Assembly (NCBI RefSeq): GCF_006345805.1
Contig: NC_043001.1
Coordinates: 110,298,001 to 110,362,000 of the forward strand
Direction of reading: 5' to 3'
Source of the DNA: Octopus sinensis
Taxonomy: Eukaryota
Length of the DNA: 64,000 nt
The translations under genes and the position numbers were made by a program. Below the pieces are notes generated by a model, which saw nothing but the letters and a program-made list of their open reading frames with translations, did no database searches and was not told where the DNA came from. Positions within the stretch are counted from its first letter, which is position 1. Every line of letters starts with the position of its first letter. Shown in pieces: positions 54,947-64,000 of this stretch.

Positions 54947-56091
54947 TCTGGAAATATATCTCAACATATCTCGAAAGAGAGAAAGTGATGATCGCGCAGA
55001 ATCGTTAGAATGCGGGGCAAAATGCTTAGAGACATTTCGTGTGTCTTTACATTTTCAGTTCGAATTCCATCAAGGCCGACTTAGCCTATCGATAAAATAC
55101 CAGTTAAGCACTGGGGTCAGTGTAATCGGATTACCCCTTTCCTCGAAATAGGCTGACCTTGTGCCAAAATTTGAAAGCAATATATGAAGAGAGAGAGACG
55201 CGAACGGTCAGTTTATCGAAACGTTACAGATCATAATCAAGAATATTAGTTTTTGAGTTTGGTTCTAAATTCTAGTTGAAGGAATGTGAGCCAAAGTCAG
55301 CAATATTAGCTTATAGTATTGCATTGTACATGTTTTGCATAGTGAAACTGTACACCACTTTCTGCAAAAAGTGGTAGTAACCAGCCATTATAAGTAGACA
55401 AGCAGCCGGTCGAGAGAGGTCGAGAGTACGTGTAGACTGTGTTGATAGTCGTGTCAGTTCTGATATAATAATTATACTGTGATATAGAGTGGAGGTTATA
55501 AAGGTCCAACATTTTGAGGATAGTGACACTGTGTGACTTGGAGGGGGGGGCGTACAGTGCCAGATAGAACCATTCTATCGACGACTTCAGAATATAAAAA
55601 TATTTGTCAGATAGACAACCGTGGTCAAAAGACAGATGCAACAGTGGCAAAAGACCGCTTCACAACAACACGCTACTAATGATTATATTTGTGAATGTGC
55701 TTTGGGAATTTTCTCCTGTTCAGGCATGTATTTGAGAAGTTTATTTTGTGCTGATCGTTTGATTGCGCAACATCATTGAGTGTCACTCAATCCCCTTATT
55801 GTATCACAGCGTTTGCACCATGTAAAACACCATTATCACCACGAAACATAAGGTGATCTAGCTTCAACTCAACTATTATTTCTATCAATTCGGAAACGGT
55901 GGACCTGAATGAATACAATAAAATACAGTAGAATTGCGGTCAATTCTTAGCAACATAGTTGGAGCAAACAAGCCTTTCCTGGAGAATTACAACCATGTTT
56001 CGTGGTCTGCTACCACAGTAGATCTTTATAGGATCCAGTTAGTTCAAGACATCATCAGGTAGAACCACGTCCGGTTTCGGCCTATACTCCT

Positions 56092-56277
56092 CTACCGTTT
56101 TGACGTGGCGGCCCCCCCTTTCGGTGGTGTCTTCAGCTCTGGTGCTGGGTGCATGTCTTCTTTCTTCTTCTTTCTTCTGTTCCCTGGCCTCTTCGGTGTA
56201 GCGTCAACGAGTGTCAGCCGGCGACTGACTGACTTGTCAAATTTTTTCCCTTTAAATACCTGTACATCGCTAAAGAA
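56092..56277 (-). CDS. candidate terminal exon, 61 aa, basic and Pro-rich; may instead be a PLE terminal repeat
   Basis: Strong acceptor TTCCTTTTTTCCTTAG, then the frame FFSDVQVFKGKKFDKSVSRRLTLVDATPKRPGNRRKKKKEDMHPAPELKTPPKGGAATSKR*. No homolog recognised. Confidence 0.3.
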   Translation of the reverse strand, partial: FFSDVQVFKGKKFDKSVSRRLTLVDATPKRPGNRRKKKKEDMHPAPELKTPPKGGAATSKR

Positions 56278-57810
56278 CTAAGGAAAAAAGGAATATGATT
56301 GTTTTTCAAAATCAAGATTTTGAAGAACAGAACGGTCGTTTATGTCATGAAAATTCAGCGTCTATGTGCGTGTAGCTTATTCTCATAACTTAATTAAAAG
56401 ATTGAAGATTCTTAGAAATTAAGAAAAAGATATGCACAAAATGGAAAGCAATCCCATTAAAATTACAATATGCACACACCCACCACATCCACATCCACAT
56501 ACACACACACACAGACACACACAGACACACAAACACACACAATCATACAACCATACATATATGTACAGATGTAAGAACATACATATATATGCAAACGTAA
56601 ACAGTAAGTTAAACATAGCAAGCGATAAATAGATCATATTTCAAGGATGGATGTGTTATACAATTTTATTTTTCTGCGACCGATGTTATTTCGACTTCGT
56701 TCTTATTTTTGCAGAGTGAATCGCATTAGCAGCATTATTTAGTCGAAGACAGATTTCAATTATAAAAATATACGAACATTAATACAGTAAGTATATATTA
56801 AGAAAATGCTTCTGCATCATTACTTTTCCTAATCATCCTAGCTGTTATAATTGACATTGTTGTTCTAGAAAACCACAACGTTGAAACACACGTAAGGAAC
56901 AAATGTTCTGTATATCATAATCAGTAATAAAACAAAATATGGTAGCAATGAGACCAAATCATCATACTGGATGTTGAGCATCTATAAGGCGGTCAAAACT
57001 GAGCAGTAGCAGCAGTCTGTAGACACAAGATGAACAGGATGTAAATAAACATGTAATATAATCCAGATGAGAAGACAAAGAGATTTTAACACAATTTTAA
57101 TGGTGTGTTATTAAAGACGTGTTGAAATCTTTCTTTGTCATTTTCTTTGGATTATGTTCTGTTCCTCACTAAACCCACGCAACGGATTTACCGTTGTGAA
57201 ACCGAAAATTTCTATATCTGAAGAATTCCAATATTAGACTGGAATCCGTCAGTGTAAATAGCCTAAGGCTCCGATTGAATGCTGAATTGGAAACACTCGA
57301 TCTTTTCACCATCACAACACATTACATGTGTGTGTGTGTGTGTGTGTGTATGTCTGTCTGTGTGTGTATGAGTGTGTGCGTTTGCGTCTGTGGGGGCGTG
57401 TATGTATATATATATATAGTTGGTAACCCGGTCGTCAATTGCTAACTATAACCTTCCGTCTGATCCATCTTGAGGCAAAGTATCAAATCGAATTGATCCC
57501 GTGTTTTTTTTCCTTCTTCTCAGTTCTAGTCGGAATCCCATTTTTTTTATTTTATGGTTTCTTATTTGATCAGCCAAATGTTTGTGTTTCCTTCGTGGTT
57601 TGTTCTGATAGCTCGTTTTACAAGATCGCTGTCGGCAGAGCATCTGTTTTGGCAACCGAGTTTAAATTCTTTGAAGATATTCAGACCAGCAGAAATTCCA
57701 ACTATATTTTTCACAATTCAATGGCAGACTTTTATGGTGACGGATTGAAAAACATTATATAACGTCATGAAAACTGCTAAGAACAACATATATGTACAGA
57801 GACACACGCA

Positions 57811-57856
<46 letters not shown>

Positions 57857-58753
57857 CATATAGGCACACATGTAGATACGCATATATGTATATATACAAA
57901 CATAAAAACATACATATATATGTAAATATATATATATATATATATATACACATATGTGTGTGTGTATGTGTGTATGTATGTATATATATATAGATATATA
58001 CATATATACATAACGAAATACATACATGCGAAAAAATGTGCTTAATTAAACGAGGTAACTCGCACCTAAATAATACTCATCCCACCCTAATTACCCAATG
58101 AAACTAACCAATCTGCCACAGGCTGGCCTCTATCCAGCGAATGTACCAGCGCAAGAACAAAAAGTTCTATCACATATGTATCAATTATTTTCGTACCCTA
58201 ACCGATGCATCAATCTATATTCGCAATGTGAAGAGATTTAATTAAATCAGTAAATCGAAACGATCGCAAATGCTAGCCTCATCTCTGCTTCTTCCTTCTT
58301 TGTTATCTATTTAATTAAAGACATACCAGCGTAAACTTCGAGTTTCCCATTGTTATTGTATCCATTTTCTTCTCACACATACACACACACGCACACGCAG
58401 ACCTCTGCACCCGCACATATCCACACTTACACACACGTTCTCGTGTCTTTGACAGACCTACTCTTCTGTCTTTGAAAACAACTTTCTTCACCCATTTCCT
58501 TCCCGTCTTTCAAAATGTGACCTCGTATGTACCGTTGGCGATTTTTTTTCCTCTGTCTTCCCTTCTCTGGATCTTTCCTTCTCCTATGTTTCCGACGAAG
58601 AGCTCCGATCCAAAGGTTAAGCCCTCCTTCTTTCCTTCTTTCCTGAGCGTCCAATAATACCATATTTGTTCCACGTCCTCGCGTTGTTGTGTTCTTTTGT
58701 GCTTTCTTATTTGGATTAATAATATATATATATATATATATATATTTATATGA

Positions 58754-59080
58754 CTAGCTTACATGTATTATAACCCATGCTACTAAACGTTTGACGCATA
58801 TGGAATCCATGTACGTTCTTCAGGCGGCAGCAACACCATCAGACTTAAGCAGTTTAAATACTGGACAAAATTTAAAAACAAGTCGAAAGAAACCCAGTAT
58901 CAGTTTTTTTCGCCCTGTTTTAAATTCGGTCCAGTATTTAAACTGCTTAAGTCCGATGGTATGGCTGCCGGCCGAAGAACACACATGGGTTCCATATACG
59001 TGAGGTGGTCATAAAAAATAACATTTACTCTCGTTAGATGGAGTACTATTTTTGGTGAACCTGTGCGTACGGACCTATTC

Positions 59081-59116
<36 letters not shown>
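58754..59116 (-). mobile_element. non-autonomous Helitron-like element with a long internal palindrome
   Basis: Minus strand starts CCTATATATA...ATGAATAGGTCCG (expected TC) and ends CTAG|T. No clear subterminal hairpin. Confidence 0.5.
58795..59000. repeat. ~206-bp imperfect palindrome (arms ~99 bp, 9-nt loop)
   Basis: GACTTAAGCAGTTTAAATACTGGAC pairs exactly with GTCCAGTATTTAAACTGCTTAAGTC, and the flanks also pair. Confidence 0.95.
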
Positions 59117-59167
59117 CACACACACATATACACACACACCACACGCACAAATATATATATATATATA

Positions 59168-59254
<87 letters not shown>

Positions 59255-59271
59255 ATATATGTATGTGTGTG

Positions 59272-59303
<32 letters not shown>

Positions 59304-59566
59304 ATAAGGATGAAAATATATGAAAAAACAAGTCAGGATAGAAAATGCTAAAATAATTTTATAAAGAACATTTCAGTACCGGTTTCAGCCATTGATACTT
59401 TTCAACTGTAACAATTAAATAATTAAATTTAGAAAAATTAAATGAAAGTTTCTTTTAAAAAATATTTGTATAGTGTTCAAATATACGTGGCGTTTGCCTT
59501 GTTTTCCTTGTGTTTCTTGCCTGTCTCGTCAAAGACAGAGACGTATTTTCTATCCTGACCTTGTAT

Positions 59567-59642
<76 letters not shown>

Positions 59643-59666
59643 ATTTACATACATATGTATAACTTT

Positions 59667-59747
<81 letters not shown>

Positions 59748-59855
59748 TTCGGGGTGAGTACTTGATAATTATAAGCACCTGTGTGTATACCGTTTGGTGG
59801 TGTAGGTGGTGGAGTAAATTGATCAAAATAAAATAAAAACATGATGCGAAGGATT

Positions 59856-59933
59856 CAGCGTACATATGTTTCGGGCCTTATTAGACAGATTTATACAATG
59901 CATAATGTATGTCTGTGGCCTTCTTCAGCCGCG
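59856..59933 (-). ncRNA. hammerhead-like motif with extended stem II and imperfect stem I
   Basis: CTGAAGA A GGCC...GGCC C GAAAC ATAT GTA; the ACATATGT palindrome forms helix III. Confidence 0.5.
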
Positions 59934-60169
59934 CACAACAGCTTCCACAAGGACATGTGTTACATCAAAAATTCTTGGTTGGGGATGCAAATCCTCTCAT
60001 TCACGTACGACATAATGCGGCAGCAGCATAGAATTGAAGCGTCCATCTCTTTCTTCTCTCAATTGAGAAATGTATATATAATATAAGGCGATTGAGTTCA
60101 TGAAAATATATGTTAATATGCACCACATAAACCTGAACTTTATGATACATACGAGAAAAACATTTATAT

Positions 60170-60855
60170 TCAGTAAGGTCTCCGAATATTTCGATGCATG
60201 GATAAGATCGTATAACAGGGCTGACATCTGCGATCTTGCAGGTCTCTATATATTAAATGCGCTACGATCCAAGTTCCTATCTATATTGGCCGATGTCGAG
60301 ACAATGGGTTGGGAATATCTCAATTCTCTGATGGTCACACTCATGATAAATTTTTGAAAAAACTCATTGATATCTTTTGTCAATTAGGCCTCACAGTCAA
60401 TGTCACTTCTAATATGTCAGAAATCGATTTTTTAACGTTTCCCTAGATATATAACCCCGTTCGTATAATCCGAACCACAAACCAAACGAAAATCTCACGC
60501 ATATATACAAACAGTTTTGTCAGTCCCCTATAGTGTTTAAACACCTGATATCTAATCGCTACTGTTCTAAAGAAATATTTGATAAAGCAACGCTCTGGTA
60601 TAACAATGTTCTAGCTAGCAGTGGCTTCAAAGTTAAGATACATAGTACCATTCCAAGTAAAAATATGAATAATGAAAATAGAGGCAAAAACAGACCTAGG
60701 CAAATACATGGTTCGGTCCCAGCACTTTGCCCTTAAACATTAAAGCTAACGTATCTAAGAAACCTCTGTCTCTTTCAGATAAGCATTTCCCAGGATACCA
60801 TATATACAGAAAGAATTTTAATAGATGCTCGATTGAAATATCATAGAGCCACAGT
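60170..60855 (+). mobile_element. Penelope-like element RT/thumb fragment
   Basis: SYNRADICDLAGLYIL, GRCRDNGLG (degenerate GLYRDD), KKLIDIF, IDFL, and DKHFP...NFNRCSIEIS. Frameshifted. Confidence 0.8.
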
Positions 60856-60867
60856 GCCAGTGTGAAG

Positions 60868-60934
<67 letters not shown>

Positions 60935-61307
60935 CACACACACATGATTATTTGTCATATAAACTACGACGTTAGTGGCAGGATGCAGTATATGTGCTTC
61001 AGCCTATCGGAATTTTTTTTGCAGCGAGAACGATTTCATTCGTTGAAAATATAAGTAATAATCCTGTTACACTGAGAATCCTATTTCTGCTAATCAATTT
61101 CTGTTTCCTTTCCTATTTACTACGAACACATACATACATGCATACATACATACATACATACATAAACACATACACACACACACACATAGATATATACTTA
61201 CATACATACATACATACATACACTCATACTTAAGACATATACACACATATATATATATACATATGTGTATATGTACTTGCGCATAAACATACACACACAC
61301 ATATATA

Positions 61308-61811
61308 TCTATATATATAAAACTGTAGTTGTGTGAGTGTCTGTCCCCTTCGATTTAGATTCCTAACTCCTCCCACATTTTGCGGTGCAGTTTAACCAAA
61401 TTCGGGTATCTTATAGTCGTGATTCATATCGAGCCCGTCTGACTATTAGCGCGCGTCAGCGATGAGTCTACGATTTTAAAAATAATTTAACATCATTTTT
61501 TATTCCATTTTAATGCATAAAATGCATCGTATGTCGATGGCGGCGGAGTTGGCGTCCACGCTCACAGCTCCACCTGTTTGCTTCTCCCCCTTCCTTCCCT
61601 CGTGAAGCTGTGGGGAAGGGAGTGTAAAGAAATCAACGTCGTAATGCGTTGTGAAGGAAACCAGCGTTCTTTTAGAACAACGACTTCATGGCTTGAAGAC
61701 ACCAAAACACAAATGGCTAAGAAAGCCCGAATTTTAAGGGAAGTAACTCTCTAAAATTCTTATATAGTTATTTCCCTTACAATCCCGAGCAACGCCGGGC
61801 GATACTGCTAG
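61308..61811 (+). mobile_element. non-autonomous Helitron, copy 1
   Basis: 5' TC after A61307; hairpin CCCGAGCAACGCCGGG (61784-61799); 3' CTAG. Confidence 0.9.
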
Positions 61812-62207
61812 TCTATATATATAAAAGTGAAGTTGTGTGTCTGTCTCCTACGATTTAGATTCCTAATTACTCCCACATTTTGCGGTGCAGTGTAACCAAA
61901 AGCGGGTATCTTATAGTCGTGATTCATATCGAGCCCTTCTGGGTATTAGCGCGCGTCTACGATGAGTCTACGATTTGAAAAAAAAATTACCATCAATTTT
62001 TTCCATTTTAATGCATTTTTTCGGTACTATATAAGGGAAGTAACTCTCTAAAAATGTCTACGATGAGTCGCGATTTAAAAAAAAATTACCATAATTTTTT
62101 TTCCATTTTTAATGCATTTTTTGGCTATATTTTGGCTATAACTCTCTAAAAATGCTTATATAGTTATTTCCCTTACAAACCCGAGCAACGCCGGGCGATA
62201 CTGCTAG
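61812..62207 (+). mobile_element. non-autonomous Helitron, copy 2 (head-to-tail with copy 1)
   Basis: 5' TC, hairpin at 62180-62195, CTAG followed by T62208. Confidence 0.9.
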
Positions 62208-62336
62208 TGTATATATAAACGTTTACATACGTAAGCACAGATAAATATGACTATTTGTAGGTAATTAAACATACATATTAATGAACTTATACATACACAA
62301 GTTCAAGCACTTTAGCTATATATACGCTGATACATC

Positions 62337-62402
<66 letters not shown>

Positions 62403-62430
62403 AATCTATCTATCTTTCTATCTATTTATC

Positions 62431-63096
62431 TACCGTCAATATTGTCACGCCTCCTTCCTTCAAACGGGAAGGAAGAGCTATTTTCATCATCCTTGTGGCT
62501 ATGTCGAAAGAATGTATCTGGTGGACGCGTCTGAAAGGATTGGAGACAAACACTTTTCTCTCTGGTCAATCTCTCACCAACTTCTTCAAGTATCACTTGA
62601 AGAGGAAAGTGAGAGTAGAGAAGCAAGTTTTGTCTAGCGAATGTTTTAAAAACAGATGGGTGAATGTAGCAGGCATGGGACGTATGAATGACGAAGCCAC
62701 CTTGACTCTGATCCTATGAACCCGGAAATTTAAAACAGAGGGTTACCTACTTGCAAGCAAATGTGGTAACATGTAACAATATTGACCGAGGTTATCGTGG
62801 TCTTTTCCGTAGGCTTTTCTTCCCACGGATAAACCTTATCTGCTTCCCCCTTTAAACCTTACATCATGACACTGTGATACACGATCCCTATTGATCGTTT
62901 TCCTTTTTTTCTTTTTTTTTCTTATTTTCTTCTTTTTTCTTTTTTCGTTTCTTTTGTTTCTTTTCTTTTTTTTTCTTCTTTCCCTTTTACGATCCCTTTT
63001 GATCGAAAACCTACCTCACATTTTCCCCCCAAAAAGATAGCTCTACTTTGTAACCTGTTCCGTCTGTGTGCAGCCCTGTGTGACCAATAAAGAAAC
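62431..63096 (+). mobile_element. 5'-truncated L1/Tx1-clade LINE, same family as 29771-30594
   Basis: VNIVTPPSF...[11 protein letters not shown]...RWVNVA, then 3' UTR; TATC arrays on both sides. Confidence 0.9.
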
Positions 63097-63119
63097 ATAT
63101 TTACTTATTATCTGTCTGC

Positions 63120-63209
<90 letters not shown>

Positions 63210-63224
63210 CTATCTATCTACCTG

Positions 63225-63554
63225 TCAGTTTCACAAGACCTACTTGAATGTGTTGAAAACGATGAAATGATTTTGGAAGCTTTGCATAGAACTCTGAGGA
63301 AGAATCGCCAAGCTTTTGACAAAATTTGATGCAGATTCTCTGCTCAGCCTTCTGTGTCATGGTGAGTGCGACGATCACATGCTACACTCGTTCCTTTCAA
63401 GCACTACTGTACACAGCTGAAGCGAGCTAGAATATTAAAACTTAGTGCGCATTCACAGCAGAGAGGAAGCTCAATCTGTGAGAGAGGGTTATATTTATCG
63501 TGCTTTAGCTTTGTTACTATGATAACAGTCCGGATATTTATTGATCAGACCACG
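63225..63554 (+). mobile_element. mariner 3' part with right TIR, same family as 49070
   Basis: Homologous to 49570-49735; ends GGATATTTATTGATCAGACCACG|TA. Confidence 0.75.
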
Positions 63555-64000
63555 TAGACTGAAACTTACAAGTATACATCACCATACACACGCTTCTCTC
63601 ATACCCCTTTTCTGTGTGTGTATGTATGTAATTATTATATATATATATATATCTATATATATATAGATATATAATATATATATATATATATATCTTGTGG
63701 GTTATTAACAACAACCGAACTAATACAAAAATTGTACACCACTGACATATAACCGGAATCGATATGTGAATATATATATATATTATATATATATATATAT
63801 ACATTATATGTATATTAATTTTGGGTATTGATCCGTTTCCGTCTTTATAATCTACATAATTTAATATCAAATATTCTGACTGTCGGAAAGTTTATCTGTA
63901 GGTTATATTTATCGACTTCATTAACTACGAATATCTCTTGATTTTTTTTGTCTCACTTTTTCATCACCGAAGGAAAAATTTTCCTATCGACCGTGGATAT

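Overview
Eukaryotic, AT-rich, very microsatellite- and retroelement-dense DNA. It is most likely intronic or intergenic sequence from a cephalopod (Octopus-like); this is inferred from the SINE families and repeat density, not confirmed by search. I recognise no host protein-coding gene. Nearly all ORF-track entries are by-products of simple repeats or SINEs. The real coding remnants are transposon-derived: RTE, RTE-X-like, CR1-group and L1/Tx1 LINEs, a Penelope-like (PLE) RT, and mariner transposases. One exon-like island (56092-56277, minus) remains ambiguous. Non-coding mobile elements include three tRNA-derived SINE families, mariner, Tigger and piggyBac MITEs, and non-autonomous Helitrons. 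The most interesting signals are: (1) several PLE-type terminal repeats with minimal type I hammerhead ribozyme motifs, including a TSD-flanked composite (inverted hammerhead repeat + tRNA-like head + hammerhead repeat) inside an RTE LINE; (2) an L1/Tx1 LINE found repeatedly within (TATC)n arrays; (3) an abundant SINE that shares its 3' tail with that LINE and forms head-[body]n multimers always joined at GTATTT, suggesting a LINE-partnered, possibly self-targeting SINE; (4) a head-to-tail Helitron dimer, and a Helitron-like element carrying a ~206-bp near-perfect palindrome.
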